32,000 nucleotides of DNA from Ignicoccus hospitalis KIN4/I (GTDB taxonomy: Archaea > Thermoproteota > Thermoprotei_A > Sulfolobales > Ignicoccaceae). Of the stretch, positions 8,704-16,844 are shown piece after piece. Position numbers and translations under genes: made by a program. Each line of letters opens with the position of its first letter. The stretch's first letter is position 1. The DNA lies in the NCBI RefSeq assembly GCF_000017945.1, contig NC_009776.1, positions 1,020,001 to 1,052,000 of the forward strand, given 5' to 3'. Under the pieces are notes generated by a model. That model ran no database searches. It saw nothing but the letters and a program-made list of their open reading frames with translations, and was not told the DNA's origin.

Positions 8704-9441
8704 TCAAACCACGAGGACCTCTAGGCCGAGGTCCTCCAAAGCCTTGACGACCCTCAACCTGAGCTCGGACTTCAAGGACTTCTTCTCCACGTAGGCCCTT
8801 TCGGGCCTCTCGAAGCTCCTCTCCACCATCTGCCTCAACAAGTCCTCGTCCAAGTGGTCAAGGGCGTACTTAGGGGCAATGTGGCCGAAGCACGCCTCGC
8901 CCTCCAAGCACCTCTTTGTAGCCCTCTTGGAGTAGTGGGGGCCTCCAACCCAAACGGCCTTGGGCGCCTCGCAGCGGTGCTCCTCCCACGAGGCCACCGC
9001 CTTGGCCAAGACCTCGTGGTTCGCCGGGTCCTCCCAGTCCTCCTTCACGGAGCCTATCTCGGCGAAGACCAATGGCTTGTCGCTGGTGGGCCCGTGGTGG
9101 GTAGCCTCGTAAGTCACGTCGTAGCCCTCCCTCCGGAAGGCGTTCATTGCCCTCAACAAGGAGCAAGCGAGGGAGGGGTAGGCGACCCCGAGCCTCTTGG
9201 GCTCCCCTCCCAGCTTCGCCTCCCCGAAGTTGCCGGTGTGGTGGACTGTGAATGCCTTCACCCTCTTCTCGCTGGAATGTCTCGAAAGCACGATGAAGGC
9301 ATCGCCGGCGAGCGAGTTGAAGTCGAAGAAAGGTGGGTCCTCCGGCAGCTCCAAAGCCTTGATCCCGTATTCCCTCTCCAGAGCCTCGGCCGCCCCCTTA
9401 GCAGCGGGGTCCCCGGGGTAGTAAACCACTGTTACCTTCAA
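8704..9441 (-). CDS. dtdA: Archaeal D-aminoacyl-tRNA deacylase (DtdA/GEK1 family)
   Basis: FIVLSRHSSEKRVKAFTVHHTGNF, YEATHHGPTSDKPLVFAEIGS, VWVGGPHYSKRATK...GHIAPKYAL are signature motifs of archaeal DtdA. Confidence 0.93.
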   Translation of the reverse strand: MKVTVVYYPGDPAAKGAAEALEREYGIKALELPEDPPFFDFNSLAGDAFIVLSRHSSEKRVKAFTVHHTGNFGEAKLGGEPKRLGVAYPSLACSLLRAMNAFRREGYDVTYEATHHGPTSDKPLVFAEIGSVKEDWEDPANHEVLAKAVASWEEHRCEAPKAVWVGGPHYSKRATKRCLEGEACFGHIAPKYALDHLDEDLLRQMVERSFERPERAYVEKKSLKSELRLRVVKALEDLGLEVLVV

Positions 9442-9632
9442 GGCTCGTCCAACAGGCCGGCCGCCTCGAGGGTCCTAAGAACCTTGAGGGCTAGGGAGCG
9501 CGACTTCAAGCGGATCAAGATCTTGTCGCCGACCCTCTCGACTAGGGCCTCTGGAGGTAAGAGGTCCTCGGCACCCTCCTTCGCTACTATTACGTAGTAT
9601 CCTTGGGGGTCCCTCTTCCCGAGGCCCTTCAA
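9438..9632 (-). CDS. Small conserved-looking hypothetical protein, translationally coupled to dtdA
   Basis: 64-aa ORF whose stop overlaps the dtdA start by 4 bp; no family recognised. Confidence 0.6.
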   Translation of the reverse strand: MKGLGKRDPQGYYVIVAKEGAEDLLPPEALVERVGDKILIRLKSRSLALKVLRTLEAAGLLDEP

Positions 9633-10207
9633 AGTACCCCGGGCCGGTTTGTCTTTCGTTCATTCTTGAAAGGTCCTTCATGGAGGTCGGTGAGAAAGGT
9701 CCCCGCCCGCGTCGTCTATCTTTGCATTATTCCTAGGCCTAGATTGTTAGGCTCCTCGACTCTCTTATAGAAAAAATCTTTTTCGGAGCCAGAATAATGG
9801 TATTTTTCTATCCTCTCTTGAGACTCCACCGAAGCCTTCCATATAAAGCTCCAAGGTCTTTCCCTTAAAAGAATTGCGTTCTACTGCGAGTTTACAATTC
9901 TCCACGTTTTTCCCTTTATTCGAGAAATTTTTCCTCTGCCCTTCCCTCCACGATCTTCAGCGTTCCCATGAAAAGATATAAGGGGGTTTGAGAGAGTGAA
10001 TAGTAATGGTGCGCTTTCGAATATAGGATGTTCCCATGTGGGCAAAGATGAAAAGGAAATGAGTAAAATACAAAGGTTTGGTGATTTGTAATGCTAATAG
10101 ACTGAAAAAGAAACAAGAAAAGCATCGAAGGAGTCATACTTTCCTATTCTATAGGGCAAAGGGATAGGAAGCTTGTGAACCGCAAAAGGGTTGGAGGTCG
10201 GGGACCC

Positions 10208-10406
10208 TCACCCGACCCGGAGCGGCATTACCTCCCTTACCCTCAAGGCCTTCTTTAACTTCTCCTCCATCCCGCCGGCGTCGGCCACGTAAGCGACGTC
10301 CCCCCTTTATGCCGACCCCTATGACCTTCTCGTCTTTTATTTCCATCTCGGGGATGATTATTTGTGCGCCGAGTCCCTCCAAGGTGACCCTGGCCGCGCC
10401 CTTCAA
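10208..10406 (-). pseudogene. Frame-disrupted small ORF; one base change in a 6-base homopolymer restores 65 aa
   Basis: From TTG at 10406 the frame reads MKGAARVTLEGLGAQIIIPEMEIKDEKVIGVGIKG. Removing one C of the C6 run at 10300-10305 continues it as DVAYVADAGGMEEKLKKALRVREVMPLRVG*. It could equally be a sequencing error or a real frameshift. Confidence 0.4.
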
Positions 10407-10566
10407 GACCCTCCCGGGAGCACTGGCTTCAACCCCGTCGAACCGCCCGGCGCATCCGACAACAAGCTTTGAGGCATAGCCTCCAAGGCCAGCTCCCCGA
10501 GGGAGGAGGTCCTCCCAAGGCGCTCGGGAGCGGGAAGGTGTAAACTGCTCGTAGGCGGAGGGCCTT

Positions 10567-10645
10567 TGGTGCGGCGGCCGGGATTTGAACCCGGGATCAC
10601 CGGCTTGGGAGGCCGGCATCCTAGTCCAGGCTAGACGACCGCCGC
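10567..10645 (-). tRNA. tRNA-Gly (anticodon CCC), CCA encoded
   Basis: The minus strand folds as a full cloverleaf: acceptor GCGGCGG/CCGCCGC, anticodon arm CCGGC-CUCCCAA-GCCGG, T-arm CCGGG-UUCAAAU-CCCGG, discriminator A at 10570, CCA at 10567-10569. Confidence 0.95.
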
Positions 10646-10696
10646 AGCCTCCGGAACGCGTTCCTTATTTCCGGTTAAAAGCGTTTCTGGAGGGGG

Positions 10697-11215
10697 ATGA
10701 GGAAGGACGAGGGTGAGCAAGGGGTGAGCGGCGGCAAGTCTCGCCGACTCGAGCTCTACTTCGACGGCCTCTGCGAGCCAGTGAACCCCGGAGGGGTGGC
10801 CACCTACGGCTTCGTGGTTAAGGAGGGAGGGAAGGTCCTTTGCTCCGGCAAGGGCTTGGTTGGAGTGGGCGCCAGGGGCGACGACGTTACCAACAACGTA
10901 GCGGAGTACACGGCCTTGATAAAGGCGTTGGAGTGTTTGCTCGAGAAGGGCTTGGAGGGGGCTGAGGTGGTAGTAAAGGGGGACTCCCAGCTGGCGATAA
11001 GGCAGCTGAGGGGCGAGTACAAGGTGAGGTCCCCGAGGATAGCGCCGCTCTACAAGAGGGCCAAGGAGCTCTTGTCCAAGTTTAAGGCGGAGCTCCAGTG
11101 GGTTCCGAGGGAGCTCAACGAGGAGGCAGATGCCTTGAGCAGGGAGGCCTTTAGGGAGTACTTGGAGGCCAACAAGGAGGAGTTCGAGAGGTACTACCTC
11201 AAGTCCTCTCGATGA
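10697..11215 (+). CDS. rnhA: Ribonuclease HI-family protein
   Basis: LYFDGLCEPVNPGGVATYGFVV, NNVAEYTALIKAL, VVKGDSQLAIRQLRGEYKVRSPRI, VPRELNEEADALSREAF give the D-E-D-D RNase H catalytic pattern. Confidence 0.93.
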   Translation: MRKDEGEQGVSGGKSRRLELYFDGLCEPVNPGGVATYGFVVKEGGKVLCSGKGLVGVGARGDDVTNNVAEYTALIKALECLLEKGLEGAEVVVKGDSQLAIRQLRGEYKVRSPRIAPLYKRAKELLSKFKAELQWVPRELNEEADALSREAFREYLEANKEEFERYYLKSSR

Positions 11216-11753
11216 CGGTGACGCACCTTTCGTCCTCCTTCACCACGGCCTTCATCCTACCCCCGTTGGACACTAGCTTGGGCCTCCACTCCCTCCCGTC
11301 CATGAGGGTCAGCGCCGCGGCGACCATGTAGGGCAACGGGCAAGCCGCTCCCTCCAGCTCCGCCCCGCCAACCCCCTTGGGGCAGATCTTACACCTCTTG
11401 GTAACAACCGAAATCTTTAAGGAGTTCTCGTTAGCCTCCACCTCGTACTCGTCCTCCGAGTACCCGTACTCGGAGAACATCACCTTCAAGTTTTCTTCTA
11501 TACCCTTTTTCGGGTCCACGAGCCCGTGGGCTACGAAGTAGGCCAAGATCCGGGGGGTGAAGTACTTGGAGAGCACCCCTACCGTGCCTTGGTTGAGCAG
11601 CCCCAACTCGTTCAAGGACGCCAGCATGGAGGCCAAGGTGAGAGAGGAGAGGGGTACGTCCCTCTCCTTTATCACCTTTAGGGCCTCTTCAAAATTCTTC
11701 ATGAGCTTGAAAGAGTTCTTGTTGCCCTCGTGCAGGGCACGGGTCTCTGGCAT
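11199..11753 (-). CDS. Hypothetical protein with conserved-looking Cys motif
   Basis: 184-aa ORF with CKICPKGVGGAELEGAACPLPYMVAAAL. Overlaps rnhA tail-to-tail by 17 bp. Confidence 0.7.
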   Translation of the reverse strand: MPETRALHEGNKNSFKLMKNFEEALKVIKERDVPLSSLTLASMLASLNELGLLNQGTVGVLSKYFTPRILAYFVAHGLVDPKKGIEENLKVMFSEYGYSEDEYEVEANENSLKISVVTKRCKICPKGVGGAELEGAACPLPYMVAAALTLMDGREWRPKLVSNGGRMKAVVKEDERCVTVIERT

Positions 11754-11811
11754 GGGAGTTCCTCACGCTAACTAAGAGCACGCCATTATTAACTGTTTCC
11801 TTACCAGTTAG

Positions 11812-13497
11812 TCAGATGGGGCGGAGCTTTTCAACTTTTCTCCGAGCCTCCTCCAACAGCTCGTCCACCCTCTCGAGGAAGTCCTTGGGCAGCTTCTGGA
11901 ACAGCGGCTTGGGCTCTTTGACCTCCCCCGCGGGCTCGGAACCGCTGGTGAGGAGCTTGCCCCTCTCGTGCACGCTCCCGGGCTCGCCTATCATCTTCCA
12001 CAGCTCCTCCGCCGCCGAGGGCGCGAAGGGCGCCAAGTGAAGGGCGACCTCCCTAAGTATGAACAAGCACGTATACATGACGTCCCTCGCCTCTTCCTCC
12101 TTCCCCTCCTTCAAGAGCCTCCAAGGCTCCTTCTCGTTCAAGTACTTGTTACCTAACCTGGCCATTTCCAAGACTAAGCCGGACGCTTCCTTCAACTTCA
12201 CCTTATACATGGCCTTCACGTACTTCTCGTGCAACTCGGCTATGCTCTTCTTGACCTCCTCGTCCACCCTCCCGCGGACCGAGCCTCCGAAGCGCCTCTC
12301 CACGAAAGTTAACACCCTGTGGGCGAAGTTGCCTATGTCGTCGTTCAGCTCGCTGTTCACTATCCTGTAGAACTCCCTCCAAGTGAAGTTTGTGTCCCTC
12401 TCCTCGGGCCTCATTCTAATCAACGCGAACCTCCAGTAGTCCGGGTTGGGCACCACCTCCAGCGCCTCGTCTATCCAAACGCCCACCCTCCTCCTCTTGC
12501 TGAACTTCTGGCCCTCGTACATGAGGTACTCCGTCGCGGATATGTTGTAGGGGAGCGGGTACTCCTCGCCGGTCGCCTTTAAGAGGGCCGGGAGTATTAT
12601 GGAGTGGAAGGGTATGTTGTCCTTCCCTATGAAGTATACCGGCCTGGAGTTGATGTCCTTCCAGAACTCCTCGAACAAGTTCGTCCCGTTCTTGACGTCC
12701 AACTCCTTAACTGCGGAGAGGTAACCCAAGACCGCTTCGAACCAAACGTAGATGGTCTTGCCCTCCGCCCCCGGGAACGGGGCGGGTATGCCCCACTTGT
12801 TGTCCCTAGTGACAGACCTCGGCGTGAGGCCCTCCTTCACCCAGTTCAAGGTGAACTTCTTAACGTTGTTGGGCAGCTCGCTCCTTTCCAGCCACTCCAC
12901 CAACCCCTCCGCGGCCTTAGGCAAGTCGAAGAACCAGTGCAAGGTCTTCCTCCAGACCGGCCTGGAGCCGCAGAAGGCGCAGCGGGGGTTGACCAAGTCC
13001 GGGGGGTCCAAGAGCTTTCCACACCTCTCGCACTGGTCCCCCCTGGCGTCCGGGGCCCCGCAGTAGGGGCAAGTGCCCACCGTAAACCTGTCGGGCAAGA
13101 ACATCTTGTCCTTGGGGCAGTAGGGCATGACCATCTCTTGCGTGAATATGTAGCCGTTCTCGTATATCTTCATAAACGTTTCCCTCACGAACTCCATGTG
13201 CACCGGGTTGTGGGTGCGCGTGTAATTGTCGAAGGATATCAAGTACTTCTCGAACAGCTTCTTTACGTACTCGTGCACCTTGTCGGTCAGCTCCTTGGGC
13301 TCCACCCCCCTCTTCCGGGCCTCCACCTCTATGGGGGTCCCGTGCTCGTCGCTGCCGGAGACGAACACTACGTCCTCTCCCATAAGCCTCAAGAACCTAG
13401 CGAACACGTCGGCGGACAGTACGGACCCGATCAAGTTACCTAAGTGAGGCACGGTGTTGACGTAGGGCCACGCGCTCCCGACTATCCACTTGGCCAC
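11812..13497 (-). CDS. metG: Methionyl-tRNA synthetase
   Basis: [48 protein letters not shown] zinc knuckle, [29 protein letters not shown]. Confidence 0.96.
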   Translation of the reverse strand: MAKWIVGSAWPYVNTVPHLGNLIGSVLSADVFARFLRLMGEDVVFVSGSDEHGTPIEVEARKRGVEPKELTDKVHEYVKKLFEKYLISFDNYTRTHNPVHMEFVRETFMKIYENGYIFTQEMVMPYCPKDKMFLPDRFTVGTCPYCGAPDARGDQCERCGKLLDPPDLVNPRCAFCGSRPVWRKTLHWFFDLPKAAEGLVEWLERSELPNNVKKFTLNWVKEGLTPRSVTRDNKWGIPAPFPGAEGKTIYVWFEAVLGYLSAVKELDVKNGTNLFEEFWKDINSRPVYFIGKDNIPFHSIILPALLKATGEEYPLPYNISATEYLMYEGQKFSKRRRVGVWIDEALEVVPNPDYWRFALIRMRPEERDTNFTWREFYRIVNSELNDDIGNFAHRVLTFVERRFGGSVRGRVDEEVKKSIAELHEKYVKAMYKVKLKEASGLVLEMARLGNKYLNEKEPWRLLKEGKEEEARDVMYTCLFILREVALHLAPFAPSAAEELWKMIGEPGSVHERGKLLTSGSEPAGEVKEPKPLFQKLPKDFLERVDELLEEARRKVEKLRPI

Positions 13498-13555
13498 CGT
13501 CGGCCCCCGGGGGCGTTGGGCCGCGCGAGCATAAAACGGGAGCTGTGTAGGCGAG

Positions 13556-13566
13556 GGTTTAAAGCT
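13556..13566 (-). promoter_or_regulatory. Probable TATA region for metG
   Basis: The minus strand carries AGCTTTAAACCCT about 60 nt upstream of the metG ATG, within the divergent spacer. Confidence 0.35.
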
Positions 13567-13596
13567 TGGGGGGCGGATGATACCGCAATAGGTCCC

Positions 13597-13604
13597 TTTT
13601 AAGC
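13597..13604 (+). promoter_or_regulatory. Probable TATA box for the CdvB-like gene
   Basis: TTTTAAGC, 37-44 nt upstream of the ATG at 13641. Confidence 0.5.
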
Positions 13605-13640
13605 TTTCTTCGGTAGCTATACCCCCAACGGGAGCGTCGG

Positions 13641-14273
13641 ATGGACGCGATAGTTAGGTTCAGCAGGATATGGGAAGAGGGGAGCAAGGGCGGCAGGAAG
13701 TTCTTGATATTCGGCACCAAGGAGAGCGAGGAGCCGCTCAAGAAGAAGGTGTTCAAGGCCAGGTATCTGATAGAGAAGCAGATAGACAGGATAGGTTACA
13801 CCATAAACAAGTTGAAGGAGAGGGACGAGAGGTTGTTCAACAAGCTGGTGGACAGCATAGTAAACCACGACGAGCTGAGAGCTAAGATACTGGCCAGCGA
13901 GATAGCTGAAATAAGGAAGATAGCGAAGACTCTAATGACTACGCAGCTGGCCCTCGAGAGGGTCAAGTACAGGATGGAACTGTTCTTGACGATAGGCGAC
14001 GTGGCGACCACTCTGGCGCCGGTGGTGCCGGTGTTGGGCATGCTGAAGGCCCAGCTGCTAAAGGAGGTGCCGGAGTTAGGGATAGAGCTGAGCAAGATAC
14101 ACGAGGAGCTGGAGGAGGCGGTGGACGAGATGAGCTTCTACGGAGCGGCGGAGGCGGACGTGGTGCTGGACAGGGAGGCGAGGAAGATACTGGAGGAGGC
14201 GAGGACCTTGGCGGAGAGGCAAGTGGAGGCGGAGTTCCCCAGCGTCTCCATCCCCAACACCAGCAGGGTCTAA
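13641..14273 (+). CDS. ESCRT-III/CdvB-like (Snf7 fold) protein without a winged-helix tail
   Basis: Basic N-terminus, long charged helices ([35 protein letters not shown]...[33 protein letters not shown]), [20 protein letters not shown]. Matches crenarchaeal CdvB paralogues in size and layout. Confidence 0.82.
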   Translation: MDAIVRFSRIWEEGSKGGRKFLIFGTKESEEPLKKKVFKARYLIEKQIDRIGYTINKLKERDERLFNKLVDSIVNHDELRAKILASEIAEIRKIAKTLMTTQLALERVKYRMELFLTIGDVATTLAPVVPVLGMLKAQLLKEVPELGIELSKIHEELEEAVDEMSFYGAAEADVVLDREARKILEEARTLAERQVEAEFPSVSIPNTSRV

Positions 14274-14989
14274 AGACTCCCGTACTTCGGGGCCTCCCTC
14301 CAGTTCTTCTCCCCGTGTTTTAGGGCCACGGTGCTCGAGGCGACAGCCTTCACGCTCCCGACCTCATAAAAGTATATTTTATAATAATCTAGCTCCTCTT
14401 TCTTGCACTCTTTGCACTCCCACGCGTAGCCCGCGTTGCCGTAGACGTCCACGAAGAAGACCGCGGCCCCGCTCCCCTCCGGGAGGACCTCCTCGAGCCA
14501 GCCCTTCACCCTCATCGCGGTGAGGAGGGGGTCCTCGCTGTAGTTCTCCATAACCGCCCACGCCACCGCGGCGGTGTCGGCTAAGGTTCCAGAACTCATC
14601 ATCCTCCTTATGGGGTAGGGCGCCTCTAGGGTGGAGGGGTCTATGGTGCCGTTGTAGCCTATCCACAACACGTTCAGAACTCCCACGGGCTGGACGTTCT
14701 GCGGGTGCGCCTCGGTCCCCTTTATGCTCGTCTTCCTCACGTGCAATAAGTTCAAAGTTCCGAAGTTGTTGTTCAAGAACTCGAGGCCCCTCTCGTCCTC
14801 CCACACCGCCCTAGTGCTCCTATACTCGACGAACCTCCCCTCCTCCACGCCCACGAAGCCCCAGCCGTCCGGGTGGTTGGGCTCCTTGCCCTTCCACCTC
14901 CTCGCCCCGTAGGGGTCGTCCCTCGCCGCCTCGACCAAAGCCTTTACCAAGTCTTCCGAAAACCCCTTCATCATTAACATCCTACACAA
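14270..14989 (-). CDS. Class II (Ntn-type) glutamine amidotransferase-like protein
   Basis: CRMLMMKGF..., NHPDGWGFV, LLHVRKTSIKGTEAHPQNVQP, IGYNGTID. TTG at 14989 places the catalytic Cys at residue 2; the ORF track starts at GTG 14998. Confidence 0.8.
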   Translation of the reverse strand: MCRMLMMKGFSEDLVKALVEAARDDPYGARRWKGKEPNHPDGWGFVGVEEGRFVEYRSTRAVWEDERGLEFLNNNFGTLNLLHVRKTSIKGTEAHPQNVQPVGVLNVLWIGYNGTIDPSTLEAPYPIRRMMSSGTLADTAAVAWAVMENYSEDPLLTAMRVKGWLEEVLPEGSGAAVFFVDVYGNAGYAWECKECKKEELDYYKIYFYEVGSVKAVASSTVALKHGEKNWREAPKYGSL

Positions 14990-14994
14990 GTCTA

Positions 14995-15171
14995 TCACCC
15001 TGTGATGGCGGCGACGGCCGTCTCGTTCAAGAACTTGACGAATTCATCGTATTTCATCTTTAAGTAGAGACCAGCCAAAAGCGATATGAGCGCCAACAAG
15101 AACAACGTGCCGTAGAATATTATTTGGTCGGTAGTGAGTTCGACGCCCAATATGACTAGCCCTCTCCTCAA
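14995..15171 (-). CDS. Small single-TM membrane protein (58 aa), not in the ORF track
   Basis: From TTG 15171: MRRGLVILGVELTTDQIIFYGTLFLLALISLLAGLYLKMKYDEFVKFLNETAVAAITG*. Clear TM helix; the stop lies 5 nt upstream of the amidotransferase TTG, suggesting an operon. Confidence 0.55.
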   Translation of the reverse strand: MRRGLVILGVELTTDQIIFYGTLFLLALISLLAGLYLKMKYDEFVKFLNETAVAAITG

Positions 15172-15236
15172 CCCCTTAATACCTCCTTTACCACAACGCG
15201 AGAACCAAAATTAATGCTCGCATAGGCTCCAGTACG

Positions 15237-15944
15237 GTGGCCTCCGTGAAGGCGTTGATACTCGCCGGGGGGTACGGCAAGAGGCTGAAGCCCCTCACCG
15301 AGGAGTTGCCGAAGCCCTTGCTCCAAGTGGCGGGGAAGCCCATAGTGGCGTGGCAATTCGACCTATACAAGAGACACGGAATAAATGAAATAGTTATGGC
15401 AGTGGGCTACTTGAAGGAAAAAGTAATAGAATTGGTCGGCTCGGGCAGCAAGTACGGCGTGAAGGTAGTTTACGTCGTCGAGGAGGAGCCCTTGGGGACC
15501 GGAGGGGCCATAAAGAACGCTGAGAGCGCGTTGAGAAACGAAGAGATGTTCGCAGTTTCCAACGGAGATATAATAACGAACTTGGACGTCACCAAGCTCT
15601 GCGACGCGTTGAGGGAGAGCGAGGCGGTAGCGGCCATGTCGCTGGTCCCCCTACCCTCCCCCTACGGAATAGTGATAACTGATGAGAGTGGGAAAGTTAA
15701 GGAATTCAAGGAGAAACCGAAGATACACGACTACTGGATAAACGCCGGGGTATATTGTATGAGGAACGAGATATTCGATTACTTACCCGAGAGCGGGGAC
15801 ATAGAGAAGACCGCTTTCCCCCAGCTCGCCAAGGAGGGGAAGCTGGTGGCCGTTAAGTACCCGGACGCCTTCTGGAAGAGCGTGGACACGTTTAAGGACT
15901 TAGAGGAGGCCAACAAACTGTTGTCGAAGTTGAGCTTGTTCTGA
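15237..15944 (+). CDS. Sugar-phosphate nucleotidyltransferase (NDP-sugar pyrophosphorylase family)
   Basis: ALILAGGYGKRLKPLTEELPKPLLQVAGKPI, EEEPLGTGGAIKNAE, AVSNGDIITNLD. Confidence 0.93.
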   Translation: MASVKALILAGGYGKRLKPLTEELPKPLLQVAGKPIVAWQFDLYKRHGINEIVMAVGYLKEKVIELVGSGSKYGVKVVYVVEEEPLGTGGAIKNAESALRNEEMFAVSNGDIITNLDVTKLCDALRESEAVAAMSLVPLPSPYGIVITDESGKVKEFKEKPKIHDYWINAGVYCMRNEIFDYLPESGDIEKTAFPQLAKEGKLVAVKYPDAFWKSVDTFKDLEEANKLLSKLSLF

Positions 15945-15945
15945 G

Positions 15946-16134
15946 GTGAGAAGCTTGGACGAGAGGCTGGTGGCTTCCCTCTCCGGGGCCCTCTGCGGGG
16001 CCTTCGCCGCGCTGGGGGCACTGTCCTTGAGCTCCGGCTGGGAGGCCTTCGTGTACAACGCCGCTGCTGTCCCCTTGCTCCTCGGCCTGTTGACCGCTTT
16101 CTTGACGTACATGCTGAGCGAGGTCCTATCGTAA
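15946..16134 (+). CDS. Small two-TM membrane protein
   Basis: 62-aa ORF starting GTG directly after the nucleotidyltransferase stop; two hydrophobic helices. Confidence 0.5.
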   Translation: MRSLDERLVASLSGALCGAFAALGALSLSSGWEAFVYNAAAVPLLLGLLTAFLTYMLSEVLS

Positions 16135-16176
16135 GCTTTTACTCCGCCGGGGCCCTCCGCTGGGGGTCAAGGGAAC

Positions 16177-16380
16177 ATGAGGGCCCACTGCTCCCTCTTG
16201 GCCGTCGCGTTTTCCACGTCCTTCGCCGTTTCGTTGGTCACACTCCTAACCCTCTCGGCCGTGTACTTGTTAGGGGTGGCGAGCCCCATCTTGGTCTTGC
16301 TCGGAGGGGCGCTGGGCGGGGCGCTGGCCTACGCGCTCTCCTCGGCGCTCCTCAACGCTTGTGGGGGTGCGGGTCAGTGA
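16177..16380 (+). CDS. Small two-TM membrane protein
   Basis: 67-aa ORF with two hydrophobic helices, same strand as its neighbours. Confidence 0.45.
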   Translation: MRAHCSLLAVAFSTSFAVSLVTLLTLSAVYLLGVASPILVLLGGALGGALAYALSSALLNACGGAGQ

Positions 16381-16844
16381 ATCCCAGCCCTCCTCACCGC
16401 TCGGGGCGGCGATCGACACCTCATCCCCTCTTGTTGAGGCGCTTGCTACACTACATCTACGGCGCCGAGCCCCAGTGTAGCTTGGAGGGGGTGACGGTAA
16501 AGTACTCGAAGACCGGGAAGCCGCGCTACGTCCTCATGAATGGGAAGAGGCTCTTCACCATCAAGCCCAACGACATGTCCGTAACCCTCTCCCCGGAGGG
16601 GGCCGCTTTCTTGGAGGGCTGCTTCCCCCCTAAGGTAGCTAGGGTCTACGTCAGCGAGGTCCCCGAGAAAACGGTGTTCGCCAAGCACGTGATAGACGCA
16701 GACGAGGGGATAAGGAGGGGCGTAGACGTTTTAATAATATACGAGTCGCGGCTGGTGGCCTTCGGTAAGGCGCTGATGTCCGGGAGGGAGATGAAGGAGC
16801 TTAATTTGGGCGAGGCCGCGAGGGTTAGGGGTAAGGTGCCGTGA
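16359..16844 (+). CDS. PUA-domain protein, predicted RNA-binding; the true start is probably downstream (GTG 16377 or a later TTG)
   Basis: C-terminal part KTVFAKHVIDADEGIRRGVDVLIIYESRLVAFGKALMSGREMKELNLGEAARVRGKV matches the PUA pattern. Confidence 0.7.
   Translation: MWGCGSVNPSPPHRSGRRSTPHPLLLRRLLHYIYGAEPQCSLEGVTVKYSKTGKPRYVLMNGKRLFTIKPNDMSVTLSPEGAAFLEGCFPPKVARVYVSEVPEKTVFAKHVIDADEGIRRGVDVLIIYESRLVAFGKALMSGREMKELNLGEAARVRGKVP

Noticed and set aside
8854-9597. 247-aa plus-strand ORF opposite dtdA
   Set aside because: Antisense to a well-supported gene; no domain motifs.
9916-10137. 73-aa minus-strand ORF in the AT-rich spacer
   Set aside because: Phe/Tyr/Ser/His-rich, no domain, and inconsistent with the codon usage of the surrounding genes; likely chance in AT-rich DNA.
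10403-10600. 65-aa minus-strand ORF overlapping tRNA-Gly
   Set aside because: Begins inside the tRNA gene and encodes no recognisable sequence.
12604-13443. 279-aa plus-strand ORF opposite metG
   Set aside because: Shadow ORF with biased composition (Leu/His/Gly/Val) and no recognisable domain.
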